A DNA stretch of 64,000 nucleotides from an uncultured Alphaproteobacteria bacterium (GCA_963765855.1 CAVXYQ010000003.1:361177-425176), one strand, 5' to 3'. Shown: positions 1 to 10,656, counted from the stretch's first letter. Numbers and translations are program-made. Notes: generated from the letters alone by a model not told the origin.

Positions 1-2
1 CG

Positions 3-1163
3 CTGGCGCTGCGCCAGGGCCTCGGCGCCGACATTCCCGTGGTTGTCGCCGACCCGGCGCTGGCGACGCGGCCAAGCCGCAATTCGCGCGCCACCGCCAT
101 CGTCGCGGCCTGTCGCCGGCTGTTCGATGCCCTCGGGGTATGGCAGGAGGTCGCCACCCGGGCGCAGCCGATCCTCGACATGGTCGTCACCAATTCCAGG
201 CTGGAAGACGCCACCCGTCCGGTGTTCCTGACTTTCGCCGGCCAGGTCGAGCCGGGCGAGCCGTTCGCCCATATGATCGAAAACCGCTATCTGATCGATG
301 CGCTGGTTGCGCGGGCGGAAGCCGGCGGCATCGGCCTCAGCGCCGCCTCGGTGACGGATTTCGCCGCGCGCTCCGATGGCGTCGATGTGACGCTGAGCGA
401 CGGCCGCGTCATCGCGGCGAGCGTGCTGGTGGCGGCCGATGGCGCGCGCTCGAAATTGCGCGAGCGTGCCGGCATTGCCACCCATGGCTGGGATTACGAT
501 CAGTCCGCCATCGTGGTCACGGTCGGCCATCAGCGCGATCATCACGGCCGCGCCGAGGAACATTTCCTGCCCGCCGGCCCGTTCGCGATCCTGCCGCTGA
601 CCGGCCTGCGCTCGTCGCTGGTGTGGACCGAGAAGCGCGCCGAGGCCGCGCGCATCGCCGCACTCGGCGCCGACCAATTTCACCGCGAACTCGAACAGCG
701 CTTTGGACTGCATCTCGGCGAGATCACCGCGCTGGACCAGCCGCGCAGCTTTCCGCTCGGCTATTTCGTCGCCCGCTCGTTCATCGGCGAGCGACTGGCG
801 CTGGTCGGCGACGCCGCGCATGTGATTCACCCGATCGCTGGCCAGGGCCTCAACATGGGGCTCAAGGACGTCGCGGCCCTGGCCGAGGTGATCGTCGATG
901 CGGCGCGGCTCGGCATCGACCTCGGCCAGGCCGACGTGCTCGATCGCTACCAGCGCTGGCGGCGGTTCGACACCATGGCGATGGGGCTCGCCACCAATTC
1001 GCTCAACCTGCTGTTCTCGAACCGGTCGACGCTGCTGCGCACGGTGCGCGATATCGGGCTCGGCCTGGTCGACCGGGCGCCGCCGCTGAAGAGCCTGTTC
1101 ATCCGCCAGGCGGCCGGGCTTGCCGGCGAGATGCCGCGGCTGCTGCGCGGCGAAGCGCTGTAG
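3..1163 (+). CDS. ubiH: FAD-dependent ubiquinone biosynthesis hydroxylase (UbiH/UbiF/VisC family), 5' partial
   Basis: Frame is open from the window edge. Motifs VAADGARSKLR, GDAAHVIHPIAGQGLNMG; conserved neighbourhood with Trm112/LON-N/ybbN. Confidence 0.88.
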   Translation: MALRQGLGADIPVVVADPALATRPSRNSRATAIVAACRRLFDALGVWQEVATRAQPILDMVVTNSRLEDATRPVFLTFAGQVEPGEPFAHMIENRYLIDALVARAEAGGIGLSAASVTDFAARSDGVDVTLSDGRVIAASVLVAADGARSKLRERAGIATHGWDYDQSAIVVTVGHQRDHHGRAEEHFLPAGPFAILPLTGLRSSLVWTEKRAEAARIAALGADQFHRELEQRFGLHLGEITALDQPRSFPLGYFVARSFIGERLALVGDAAHVIHPIAGQGLNMGLKDVAALAEVIVDAARLGIDLGQADVLDRYQRWRRFDTMAMGLATNSLNLLFSNRSTLLRTVRDIGLGLVDRAPPLKSLFIRQAAGLAGEMPRLLRGEAL

Positions 1164-1204
1164 CGGCCGCTTTTTTCACCCGGCTTGCGCGTCGCGCAAA
1201 GGAT

Positions 1205-2146
1205 TCAACGGGCGCCGGCCAGGATGAAAGCCGCGACCGCATCGACCATCGCAGGGTCGAGCGGCCGATCCGACTGGCTGTAGGCCTGCAGATCGTCGGC
1301 GTCGTCGGAGACATCGACCAGGACATGATTCATGTCGGGAAGCCAAAGCGTCTTTGCGACCTGTGACGCGGCGGAGAGCGCGGCGAAATCGACCCGCGCC
1401 ACCTGGCGGTCGCGGCCGCCGCCGACGATCAGGGTCGGCTGTTCGATCAGTTTCAGGGGATCGACCGGGTCTTCGGTGAAAGCCGAGGCGATGCCCGGCT
1501 GCATCGAGGGTGGAATCGCCAGCCCCTGCGGCGGCGGATCGACGATCTGTCCAGCCATGATCGCGTCGATCGCCTTGACGATCGGCTGCAATATGTCGGG
1601 AGGGATCTGCTTCTTTTCGAGCTGGGCCTTCAGCAGGTCACCCTGCCGGCGCGCGGCGGTGACCAACAGCACCAGGCGGTCGATCGGAACCTGCCGCGCC
1701 GTCAGAATCGCGACCAGGCCGCCCTCGCTGTGCCCGACCAGGTCTACCTTGGAGAATTTCCCGCTGCTGCGCAGGTAATTCACCAGCGCCGTCGCATCGC
1801 CGACGTAATCCCTGAAGCGGAAATCCTCCGGCCGTCCGAATTCCGGCTTCCATCCGCCGGCGCCGCGCTTGTCGTAGCGCAGCGTCGCGATGTTGCGCGC
1901 CACCAGCTGCTCGGAGAGTTTCTTCAAGGTCGCGGGCTTGGCCTGCGGACCATTGCCGTCATGGTCGGTCGATCCCGATCCGGCGATCAGCAGCGCCACC
2001 GGCGGCCGTTCGACACCGGCCGGCACCGTCAGCACGGCGTCGATGGCGCCGACGCGAATCATGGTTTCATCGGCGCGGGCGCTCGCGGTCGTGGCGGAAG
2101 CGAGGGCGAGCACGGCGAGCGCACGCAGGATCGCGGCAATACCCAT
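1205..2146 (-). CDS. Secreted alpha/beta hydrolase
   Basis: N-terminal signal peptide, GSGSTDHDGN oxyanion region, YDKRG, nucleophile elbow GHSEG, C-terminal MNHVL His. Confidence 0.82.
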   Translation of the reverse strand: MGIAAILRALAVLALASATTASARADETMIRVGAIDAVLTVPAGVERPPVALLIAGSGSTDHDGNGPQAKPATLKKLSEQLVARNIATLRYDKRGAGGWKPEFGRPEDFRFRDYVGDATALVNYLRSSGKFSKVDLVGHSEGGLVAILTARQVPIDRLVLLVTAARRQGDLLKAQLEKKQIPPDILQPIVKAIDAIMAGQIVDPPPQGLAIPPSMQPGIASAFTEDPVDPLKLIEQPTLIVGGGRDRQVARVDFAALSAASQVAKTLWLPDMNHVLVDVSDDADDLQAYSQSDRPLDPAMVDAVAAFILAGAR

Positions 2147-2149
2147 CGG

Positions 2150-2347
2150 TCAGTCGATCTTCCGGGCTTCTTCCGGCAGCATGATCGGGATGCCGTCGCG
2201 GATCGGATAAGCGAGTTTCGCCGACCGCGAAATCAGCTCCTGTCGCGCCGAATCGAATTCCAGCGGTCCCTTGGTCATCGGACAGACCAGGATTTCCAGA
2301 AGTTTTGGATCGACGGTGCCTTCAATGCGTTCGGACGGGATTGTCAT
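2150..2347 (-). CDS. Trm112 family protein (65 aa)
   Basis: [17 protein letters not shown]...[17 protein letters not shown] is the Trm112p/YcaR signature; ATG at 2347. Confidence 0.9.
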   Translation of the reverse strand: MTIPSERIEGTVDPKLLEILVCPMTKGPLEFDSARQELISRSAKLAYPIRDGIPIMLPEEARKID

Positions 2348-2490
2348 GCTTGGTCTCCGGCTGGGTCCTGCGACGCTGTAGCATATTCGATGCAAAGCTG
2401 TCGCCGGGCGGTCGTCATGGGGTGTCGATCCGCGAGCTGTTGGTCGAGCAGAACGGGATCGGCCAGCCGGCGCGCGACCGCGATTCGCCG

Positions 2491-3165
2491 TCACTGCAGC
2501 GGCGGGTCGCCGCTGGTGCGCTTTTTGGCGAGATCCATTTCGGTGACCGCGATCAGGATCTCGGCGCGGGTCTTGAGATCGGGCGCCTCGAGCATCGCCT
2601 GTTTCTCGGGCGGGCCATAGGGCGACATCATCGCCAGCGCATTGACCAGCGCCTCGTTGGGCGCGCTCTCGACGCCCTCCCAGTCGACCTTGAGATTATT
2701 GGCCTTGAGAAAATCGGTCAGCACCGCGAGCAGCGCCTCGCGATCGACCGCCTCCTCGCCCTTGCGCGCCGTGAAATCGTCGACATAGGGGAAATAGTCC
2801 ACCCTGCATTGCCGGTAGGGTGTCAGCACGACTACTTCCTCGATCACCTTGAAGCGCGCGATGCCGGTGAGCTCGAGGATATAGCGGCCGTCGCCGGCCT
2901 CGGCGAGCTGGGTGATGCGCCCGACGCAACCGACCCGAAACAGCTCCGGCCTCGCCGCGTCATGCGAATGCGAAACGTCCGGCTGGATCATCCCGATCAG
3001 CCGATGGCCGTCGCGCAGCGCATCGTCCACCATCGCCAGATAGCGCGGCTCGAAAATGTTGAGCGGCATCTGGCCGCGCGGCAGCAGCAGCGCGCCGGGC
3101 AGCGGAAACACCGGAATCACCTCGGGAAGGTCGGCGGGCCCGCGATAATCGGCGTTGATCGGCAT
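2491..3165 (-). CDS. LON peptidase substrate-binding (N-terminal) domain protein
   Basis: [44 protein letters not shown]. Confidence 0.9.
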   Translation of the reverse strand: MPINADYRGPADLPEVIPVFPLPGALLLPRGQMPLNIFEPRYLAMVDDALRDGHRLIGMIQPDVSHSHDAARPELFRVGCVGRITQLAEAGDGRYILELTGIARFKVIEEVVVLTPYRQCRVDYFPYVDDFTARKGEEAVDREALLAVLTDFLKANNLKVDWEGVESAPNEALVNALAMMSPYGPPEKQAMLEAPDLKTRAEILIAVTEMDLAKKRTSGDPPLQ

Positions 3166-3299
3166 TGCTGGTCCCGGTGTTGGCCTCAGGCGCATCCGGC
3201 GGTGCGCCTGCGAGCGTAGATCAATCCACGCGTGAGCCCGATGGCCACGCAAAACCGGCGCCGATGGTCGCCGAATCCGAACGCCGCGAGAACAAAACG

Positions 3300-4223
3300 C
3301 TACGAAAACAAGATGGTCGACAGCCGCTTGCGGCCATCGACGGTGGCTTCATCGGTCGGTCCCCACGCCTCGAAGAACTGCACCAGCTGCTTGCGCGCGC
3401 CGTCCTCGTTCCATTTGCGGTCGCGTTTGACGATCTCGAGCAGCTGATGGGTGGCCTCGCTGCGCTTGCCGCTGGCATTGAGCGCGGTCGCCAGATCGAA
3501 TCGGGCCTGATGATCGAGCGGGTTTGCGGCGACTTTCTGTTCCAGCTCGGTCACCGGGCCGAGCGCCTTGGCCTGTTCGGCGAGATCGATCGAGGCCTGC
3601 ACCGCCTTGACCGCCGGGTCGCTGCGCTTTGATTCGGGCACCAGGGCCAGGGTTTGCCGGGCCTGCTCGATGGCGCCGGTCGTCATGTAGCATTTCGCGA
3701 GCCCGGCCAGCGCGGCGATATTGGTGGCGTCCGCCGCCAATACCTCGGCATAGATCGAAGCCGCGGTGGCGGGATCGCCCTCGGTCAGCACCGCTTCGGC
3801 CTCGGCCAGGATTTCGGCGATATTGGGCTCGCCCGCCCCCGGCATGCCGGCGGTCAGCTTGTCGATGAAGGCCGTGACCTGGCTTTCCGGCACCGCGCCC
3901 ATGAAGCCGTCGGCGGGCTGGCCGTTGACGAAGGCGATCACCGCCGGAATCGACTGGATCCCCATCTGGCCGGGAATCGCCGGATGCTCGTCGATGTTCA
4001 TCTTGACCAGCCTGACCTTGCCCTTGGCGGCGCGCACCGCCTTTTCGAGGATCGGCGTGAGCTGGCGGCAGGGGCCGCACCACGGCGCCCAGAAGTCGAT
4101 CAGCACCGGCTGGCGCTTCGATTCCTCGATGACGTCCTTCACGAAGCTCTGGGTGGTCGTTTCCTTGATCAGATCGGCAGCCGCCTGCGGCGCCGCTCCG
4201 CTACCCTGCTCAATTATCGTCAC
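3300..4223 (-). CDS. ybbN: Thioredoxin-TPR chaperedoxin (YbbN/CnoX family)
   Basis: DFWAPWCGPC thioredoxin site plus TPR C-terminus ending GRKRLSTILFS; GTG start at 4223. Confidence 0.9.
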   Translation of the reverse strand: MTIIEQGSGAAPQAAADLIKETTTQSFVKDVIEESKRQPVLIDFWAPWCGPCRQLTPILEKAVRAAKGKVRLVKMNIDEHPAIPGQMGIQSIPAVIAFVNGQPADGFMGAVPESQVTAFIDKLTAGMPGAGEPNIAEILAEAEAVLTEGDPATAASIYAEVLAADATNIAALAGLAKCYMTTGAIEQARQTLALVPESKRSDPAVKAVQASIDLAEQAKALGPVTELEQKVAANPLDHQARFDLATALNASGKRSEATHQLLEIVKRDRKWNEDGARKQLVQFFEAWGPTDEATVDGRKRLSTILFS

Positions 4224-4498
4224 GGTATCCTCGCCTGATGTCTTGCCGGATTGAGGCTGTTCTAGCACGGCCCGAGCCCTTAATTGGCGCTTGAAGGCCC
4301 AATTTGCAATCGGTGGAACCCGGTCGGGCCGGATTTGGGCCGATTTTGCCCGGGCGCCCGGGGCCAACCCTCGGGGCGCCCCGGGGTGGCCCCGCCCGGC
4401 TCTGCCGGTCTGACCGCCGCCCGGCTGTTGCATTCGAGGGCGGCATTTGGCATAGCTCTGCCCGTTGCCGGCGCGCGGTTGCCGTCGGTCGCTCGGAT

Positions 4499-4573
<75 letters not shown>

Positions 4574-4599
4574 AGATTTTTCGATTGGCAGATTTTGAC

Positions 4600-4632
4600 A
4601 AAGGCCCGCTGACACAGCGGGCCTTTTGTTTT
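4600..4632 (+). terminator. Intrinsic terminator after tRNA-Gly
   Basis: AAAGGCCCGCTG-ACA-CAGCGGGCCTTT hairpin followed by TGTTTT. Confidence 0.78.
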
Positions 4633-5040
4633 GCGCTAAGCCGCGGCTGCGACGCCCTCGAGCCGCGGCGGAACTGTCGGCCATGCATCAGCGCTCGGTT
4701 GCGATAAGTGCATGATGCACGCGGGCGCCGGAGCGCAATCTGTCGCGACGTTTCGGCGAGGACCTTTGGCTCGCGCTGAAATTCGACGAGTAGCGGCGTC
4801 GGCAAATACTGCATTGCAGCGCCGTGGCGCGGAAAATCATCTCCAGCGCGAGCTGTCGGAAGAAATTCCTTCTCATTTTATTTTCGCATGGCCGCGCAAT
4901 GCGGCCCCCCTTCTCTCCTGCCGCGGATGTGATAGCCTTTTGCGGTCTGATCCATCTCACCAGACCAAAAGTTCGTTCTCTCGAAACGTTCAAAATAAAT
5001 AACAGACGCGGCCGCACTGGCTGCACAGGGGAGTCATTCG

Positions 5041-6300
5041 ATGAAATCGGCCTTCAATCGATCCGTTCTTGCGCTTGCAGCCGTGCTGGTTGTCGCGGGC
5101 GCGGGCCAGGTCAGCGCCCAGCAAAAGCCGCTCAAGAGCTACCAGTCCGGCAACAAGGAATTCTGGACCCATCCGCCGGACGACTGGTTCCTCGGCGACG
5201 AGACCGAGGCCCAGAAGGGCCTGGCACCGCCGTCGGGTCCGCCGACCGGCGCTTCTGACGCCGAACTGGCTTCGACGATCAAGAAAATCAAGCTGCCGCC
5301 GGGCTTCAAGATCGACGTCTACGCATCGGGCGTGCTGGCCGCGCGGCAGATGGCCTGGGGTGACAAGGGCACCCTGTTCGTCGGCTCGTTCGGCCTCGGC
5401 AACGTCTATGCCATCACCGACAAGGACGGCAAGAAGGAGGTCAAGACCGTTCTCAAGGGCCTCAACATGCCGACCGGCATCGCCTTCAAGGATGGCGCGC
5501 TCTACGTCATCGCAGTCAACCAGCTGCTCAGGTATGACAACGCCGAAGCCAATCTCGACAAGCTCGGCGACGGCAAGGTGGTCTATGACGACATGCCGTC
5601 CTACGCCGCCCACGGCTGGAAGTACCTGGTCGCCGACAAGGATGGCTGGTTCTACATTCCGTTCGGACCTCCCTTCAACATCGGGATTCCTCCGACCAGC
5701 GTGTCGCAGATCCGCCGCGTCGATCCCAAGACCGGCAATGCCGAAATCGTCGCCCTCGGCGTCCGCAACAGCGTCGGCGGCGATGTCGATCCGCGCAGCG
5801 GCAGATACTGGTTCACCGAAAACGCCCGCGACTGGTTGAGCGACGACCTGCCGAGCGACAAGCTGAACATGATCACCAAAATCGGTGATAATTTCGGCTA
5901 TCCGCACTGCCACCAGGGCGACCTGCCGGATCCGAAGTTCGCGATGGGTCACAAATGTTCGGAATTCGTGCCGCCGGTTCTCAATCTCGGCGCGCATGTG
6001 GCTCCGCTCGGCATGAAGTTCTATACCGGCAATCAGTTCCCCGCCGACTATAAGGACAACATCCTGATCGCCGAACATGGCTCCTGGAACCGGCATAAAT
6101 ACCAGGGCGGCCGGATCGTGCGCGTGATCGTCGGCCCCGACGGCAAGAACCCGAAGCAGGAAGTGTTCGCTTCCGGCTGGATCGAAGGCGACCAGGGCTA
6201 TCTCGGCCGTCCCGACGACATCATCCTCGACAAGGACGGTTCGATCCTCGTCGCCGACGACTGGGCCGGTGCGATCTACCGCATCAGCTACAAGAAGTAA
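5041..6300 (+). CDS. PQQ-dependent sugar/L-sorbosone dehydrogenase family (beta-propeller)
   Basis: Signal peptide; GVRNSVG, WFTENARD, AHVAPLGMKFY, AEHGSWNR, GRPDD...DGSILVADD. Confidence 0.85.
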   Translation: MKSAFNRSVLALAAVLVVAGAGQVSAQQKPLKSYQSGNKEFWTHPPDDWFLGDETEAQKGLAPPSGPPTGASDAELASTIKKIKLPPGFKIDVYASGVLAARQMAWGDKGTLFVGSFGLGNVYAITDKDGKKEVKTVLKGLNMPTGIAFKDGALYVIAVNQLLRYDNAEANLDKLGDGKVVYDDMPSYAAHGWKYLVADKDGWFYIPFGPPFNIGIPPTSVSQIRRVDPKTGNAEIVALGVRNSVGGDVDPRSGRYWFTENARDWLSDDLPSDKLNMITKIGDNFGYPHCHQGDLPDPKFAMGHKCSEFVPPVLNLGAHVAPLGMKFYTGNQFPADYKDNILIAEHGSWNRHKYQGGRIVRVIVGPDGKNPKQEVFASGWIEGDQGYLGRPDDIILDKDGSILVADDWAGAIYRISYKK

Positions 6301-6522
6301 CGACCGACTGATCAGAGGCTGCGGCTGCCCGGCAACGGGTGGCCGCAGCTTTTTGCTGCGGCGTTCGGAACCGGATCGATGCGGGCAATGCCGTTCGCTC
6401 GGCAGCGAACCCGCCAAAATCAAAACTTCTTGTAAATAATGGATGGCTTCAAGCGCAGACAGGCTCACCTCGTCTGCGCGAAGCGGATTATCATGCCGGC
6501 AATGACAGCAACAGGAGCGGTG

Positions 6523-7104
6523 ATGCGGAGTGCGTTGATCGGGATATTGTCGGCCGCCATCGCCGGCGCATCGCTGGCGCAGGCCGCCGACCTCGCCGCA
6601 GGCAAGCAAAAGGCCGAACTATGCGCCGGCTGCCACGGCGAGAACGGCATCTCGCAGACCGAGAACATTCCTTCGCTGGCGGGCGAGCCCGACCAGTTCA
6701 TTCAGTGGCAGCTGGTTTTCTTCCGCAGCGGGGCGCGCAAGAACGCGCTGATGCAGCCGATCGTCGAGCAGATCAACAATGAGGATATCCGCAATCTCGG
6801 CGCCTATTTCGCGTCGCTGACCCCGCCCAAGGCTTCGACGCCGGACGACAATCCGGATCTTTCCAGCAAGGGTGCGCAGGCTGCCGCGGGACGGCGCTGC
6901 GCCTCGTGCCACACCGATACGTTTGCCGGCACCAAGGCCGTCGCCCGCATCGCCGGGCAGCGCGAGGAGTATCTGGTCAAGGCGCTGCACGACTACAAGT
7001 CGGGGGTCCGATCCGGCGGCGCCGGTGCCGCGATGTCGGATGTCGCCTACCCCCTGAGCGACGAGGAGATCACCGCGCTCGCGCACTATCTTTCGCATCT
7101 TTGA
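6523..7104 (+). CDS. Di-heme cytochrome c4/c553 family
   Basis: AGGAG RBS; signal peptide; two CxxCH motifs (CAGCH, CASCH); PSLAG and ARIAGQ; Met ligands. Confidence 0.88.
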   Translation: MRSALIGILSAAIAGASLAQAADLAAGKQKAELCAGCHGENGISQTENIPSLAGEPDQFIQWQLVFFRSGARKNALMQPIVEQINNEDIRNLGAYFASLTPPKASTPDDNPDLSSKGAQAAAGRRCASCHTDTFAGTKAVARIAGQREEYLVKALHDYKSGVRSGGAGAAMSDVAYPLSDEEITALAHYLSHL

Positions 7105-7304
7105 GGGCGCGATCCGGCAAAGGCGGCCCGCCAGGCGAGCTACATGCGGCGCTTGATCGCCCGGCGGATCGCCACGCCGGCCTCGACGGCTGACCTGCCG
7201 CCCGAGGTCTTGGCTCGGGCAGCGGCTGTTGCTGTTCCGGTCAACAGCCGCGGGAACCTAAAGGCCATTGCCGGGTTCGCAAGACATCCAGCCCCGAGGA
7301 TCGC

Positions 7305-7826
7305 ATGATCACTCCCAACCGAAGAACGCTTCTCGCCGCCGCCGCCGCGATGGGCGCAAGCGCTGCGGCGGCCAAGGATGCAAGCCAGCCTATTGTCGGC
7401 GACAAGGGGGCCTCGATCCTGGGCCCGCGCAACGAGCCACGCGCGCTTCAGAATCCGGACCTGCTGCGCCCTCCGGCCACCGACCATGGCTCGATGCCCA
7501 ATTTGCGGTTCTCCTTCGCGGACGCGCATGTCAAGCTGCGCCAGGGCGGATGGTCGCGCGAGGTTACGCAACGCGAGCTTGCGGTCTCCACCAGCATGGC
7601 CGGCGTCAACATGCGCCTGACGTCCGGCGGCGTGCGGGAAATGCACTGGCACAAGCAGGCCGAATGGTCGTTCATGCTGGCGGGCCGCGCCCGGATCACC
7701 GCGGTCGACAATGACGGCCACAACTTCATCGCCGACGTCGGTCCTGGCGATCTCTGGTATTTTCCCGCCGGAATTCCGCACGCGATTCAGGGGCTGCCGG
7801 CAGAGGGCTATCCGCGCAAAGGTTGA
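7305..7826 (+). pseudogene. oxdC: Truncated Tat-exported oxalate decarboxylase (bicupin); only the first cupin domain is present
   Basis: RRTLL Tat motif; [52 protein letters not shown]; stops a few codons after the first cupin instead of continuing to about 380-400 aa. Confidence 0.75.
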
Positions 7827-7834
7827 ATCAACGA

Positions 7835-7859
7835 GGAACGATCGGCGGCTTGCGCCATT
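7835..7859 (+). promoter_or_regulatory. Putative sigma-EcfG (general stress) promoter of the PfpI gene
   Basis: GGAAC-N16-CATT, 34 nt upstream of ATG 7894. Confidence 0.5.
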
Positions 7860-7893
7860 GCCGGGGCGGGGGCGTCAGTCCTGGAGAAGACCC

Positions 7894-8454
7894 ATGCAGC
7901 TCGATAACAAGAAGATAGCAATCCTCGCCACCAACGGCTTCGAACAGGCCGAACTCGAGGTTCCACGCGACAAACTGAAAGCGGCGGGAGCTTTGGTCCA
8001 CGTCGTTTCGATCGAAGCCGGTGAAATCAAGGGATGGGACAAGAAGGATTGGGGACGATCGGTCAAGGTCGACAGGACCTTGAGCGACGTTTCAGCCGAC
8101 GACTATGACGCGGTGGTGCTGCCGGGCGGCCAGATCAACCCCGACCTGCTGCGGGTGGAACCCAAGGCGCTCTCCTTCATCAAGGACATCTTCAACCAGA
8201 AGAAGGTCGTCGCCGCGGTTTGTCATGCGCCCTGGCTGCTGATCGAAACCGGCATCGCCAAAGGCCGGAAGATGACCTCCTACAAGTCGATCAAGACCGA
8301 CGTCGCCAACGCCGGCGCCAAGTGGGAGGATTCCGAAGTCGTGGTCGACAACGGGGTCATCACGTCCCGCAACCCGGGCGACCTCGAAGCCTTCAGTGCC
8401 AAGATCATCGAAGAGGTCGCCGAAGGCAGACACAGCAGGCGCAGCGCCGCCTGA
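7894..8454 (+). CDS. PfpI/DJ-1 family type 1 glutamine amidotransferase-domain protein (YhbO-like)
   Basis: GFEQAELEVP, YDAVVLPGGQINPD, AVCHAPW, ITSRNPGDL. Confidence 0.92.
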   Translation: MQLDNKKIAILATNGFEQAELEVPRDKLKAAGALVHVVSIEAGEIKGWDKKDWGRSVKVDRTLSDVSADDYDAVVLPGGQINPDLLRVEPKALSFIKDIFNQKKVVAAVCHAPWLLIETGIAKGRKMTSYKSIKTDVANAGAKWEDSEVVVDNGVITSRNPGDLEAFSAKIIEEVAEGRHSRRSAA

Positions 8455-8519
8455 GATCCCCTGGCTTTTCAGGAGGCTTTGTCGGATGGGCGCCGCATCA
8501 CCGCGGTGCCCTCCGCGGC

Positions 8520-9974
8520 CTACCGTTCGCTGGAAAGCGGGCTGGCGATATCTTCCAGCGATTTTCCCTCGGCGTCGATCCCGAGCTTCCATTCCGTCCC
8601 ACCCGCGACCAGCAGCAGCAGGGCGGACAGCGCGTAGCCGGCGCTGACCCGCCAGCTCGACCCGGATCCGATCAGCCAGCCGAACAGCAGCGGCGAAAGA
8701 CTGCCGCCGATCGCGGTTCCCAGCGCGTAAAAGCAGGCGATCGCCAGGGCGCGCGTTTCCAGCGGGAATATCTCGCTGGCGGTGAGATAGGCCGAGCTCG
8801 CCGCCGCCGAGGCGAAAAAGAAGATCATCAGCCAGGCGGCGGTCTGGGTGACTTCGCTGAGCAATCCCGCGCCGAACAACAACGCGGTGAATGCCAGAAG
8901 CGCGCCGCTGATGGCGAACGTGCCTGCGATCATCTTGCGGCGGCCGACGGTATCGAACAGCGTGCCGAGAAGCAGCGGGCCGCAAAAATTGCCGAGCGCC
9001 AGCGGCAGCAGATAGAAGCCGATATTCTGTTCCGGCACATGATAAAAATGCGACAGAATGAGCCCGTAGCTGAAAAACACCGAATTGTAGAGGAATGCCT
9101 GCGCCACCATCAGCGTCAGCGCCAACACGCTTCGGCCGCGGTTCTTTCCCAGCATCGACCCGAAGATCATGCCGAGCCCGAACGATTTTCGGGGGTGAAC
9201 GGTGAGACTGCCGTTCGCCGCCGTGAGCCTTTGACCGGTGGAAGCCTCGACATTCCGTTCTATTTCGCGGACCGTCTGCTCGGCCTCTGCGGCCCTGCAA
9301 TGGGTCACCAGCCATCTCGGGCTTTCCGGAACGAAGCGCCGCAGCAGCAGAATCGAAAGTCCGAGCACGCCGCCGATGCCGAAGCCCAGCCGCCAGCCGA
9401 CGTCGACCGCGAACAGGCTTTGATCGAGCAAAAGCGGCGTCACCGCGGCCCCGGCCGCCGCCCCGACCCAGAAACTGCCGTTGACGATGAGATCGATGCG
9501 GCCACGATATTTTGCCGGGATGAGTTCGTCGATGGCCGAATTGACGGCGGCGTATTCGCCTCCGATGCCCATGCCGGTCAGCATCCGAAAACAGGCAAAG
9601 CTCAGGAAATCCCAGGCCAGCGCGCTCAACAGCACGCCGGCGAGATAAACGATCAGGGTGGCGTAGAACACCAGGCGGCGGCCGAAACGGTCGGTTACCC
9701 AACCCGAAAAAAGCGCGCCTGCCACCGCTCCGATGACATAGCACGAGGCCACCGCCCCCAGATTTGCAGCCGACAGATGCAGCGTCTGGGCGCTCTGCAG
9801 CGCGGGCCCGAGCGCGCCGACAATGGTGACTTCGAGTCCATCGAGGATCCAGGTGACGCCGAGGCCGACAACGATCAGCAGGTGAAACCGGCTCCATGGC
9901 AGGCGGTCAAGCCGGGCTGGAATATCGGTTTTGACCGGCGCGCCGCGCGGCGACGATGGTTGTGCGACAGCCAT
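8520..9974 (-). CDS. MFS transporter (sugar porter-like)
   Basis: About 12 hydrophobic segments; DRFGRR motif A; GIGGEYAAVNSAIDEL; SEIFPLETR. Confidence 0.9.
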   Translation of the reverse strand: MAVAQPSSPRGAPVKTDIPARLDRLPWSRFHLLIVVGLGVTWILDGLEVTIVGALGPALQSAQTLHLSAANLGAVASCYVIGAVAGALFSGWVTDRFGRRLVFYATLIVYLAGVLLSALAWDFLSFACFRMLTGMGIGGEYAAVNSAIDELIPAKYRGRIDLIVNGSFWVGAAAGAAVTPLLLDQSLFAVDVGWRLGFGIGGVLGLSILLLRRFVPESPRWLVTHCRAAEAEQTVREIERNVEASTGQRLTAANGSLTVHPRKSFGLGMIFGSMLGKNRGRSVLALTLMVAQAFLYNSVFFSYGLILSHFYHVPEQNIGFYLLPLALGNFCGPLLLGTLFDTVGRRKMIAGTFAISGALLAFTALLFGAGLLSEVTQTAAWLMIFFFASAAASSAYLTASEIFPLETRALAIACFYALGTAIGGSLSPLLFGWLIGSGSSWRVSAGYALSALLLLVAGGTEWKLGIDAEGKSLEDIASPLSSER

Positions 9975-10001
9975 GCGGCAAGCGAGCTCCCTGCTGCAGC
10001 T

Positions 10002-10026
10002 AACCTGCGCATGATGGAGAGGTTCC
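10002..10026 (-). promoter_or_regulatory. Putative sigma-EcfG promoter of the MFS gene
   Basis: Minus-strand GGAAC-N16-GGTT upstream of ATG 9974. Confidence 0.55.
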
Positions 10027-10073
10027 CGGACTTGCGTCCGGCTTTCGATAAGGGGCAGCCAGCGAGAACGGCC

Positions 10074-10098
10074 GGAACAAACTTCGGAATCGTCCGTT
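10074..10098 (+). promoter_or_regulatory. Putative sigma-EcfG promoter of the PRC-barrel gene
   Basis: Perfect GGAAC-N16-CGTT consensus. Confidence 0.72.
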
Positions 10099-10127
10099 TT
10101 TCCGATTCACAACATCGGAGACGACCA

Positions 10128-10493
10128 ATGGCGACGGAAGAGAGAGAGACAGGCAACCTGATCGGAAGCGACAAGGTTGAAGGCACCGCGGTCTATGGCG
10201 CCGACAGTCAGAAGATCGGTTCCATCGAACGAGTCATGATCGACAAGATAAGCGGCAAAGTGTCTTACGCGGTTCTCAGCTTCGGCGGATTCCTTGGGAT
10301 CGGCGACGACCATTATCCGCTTCCCTGGCAGTCCCTGAAATACGACACCAGCCTCGGCGGCTACATCACCGGCATCACGCTCAAACAGCTCGAGGGCGCT
10401 CCCAGATACGGCAACGACAATGCCTGGAACTGGTCCGACGCCTCCAGGACGCGGTCCGTGAATGACTATTACGGCATTCCCTTCGTGGCCTGA
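10128..10493 (+). CDS. PRC-barrel domain protein
   Basis: LIGSDKVEGTAVY...KIGSIERVMIDKISGKVSYAVLSFGGFLGIG; GGAG RBS. Confidence 0.92.
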   Translation: MATEERETGNLIGSDKVEGTAVYGADSQKIGSIERVMIDKISGKVSYAVLSFGGFLGIGDDHYPLPWQSLKYDTSLGGYITGITLKQLEGAPRYGNDNAWNWSDASRTRSVNDYYGIPFVA

Positions 10494-10656
10494 ATGCTTT
10501 GCTTCGGAATCGATGTCCCCCTGCGGTCTGGCATTCTCAAGGCCGCGGCCGTCGGGGGACGACCGATGCTGCAGGGGACGGACCCTGGCCGTCCGATTTT
10601 GCGCCGCCGGAACTGGCTCCAGGGATCGATGAGTACCAGTCCGAGGGTAGCCTGCC

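Noticed and set aside
4340-4410. GC-rich palindromic stretch between ybbN and tRNA-Gly
   Set aside because: Imperfect and expected by chance at this GC content; no second copy seen.
6367-6395. GGAAC...CGTT upstream of the cytochrome c gene
   Set aside because: The spacer is about 20 nt, outside the 16-17 nt EcfG spacing.
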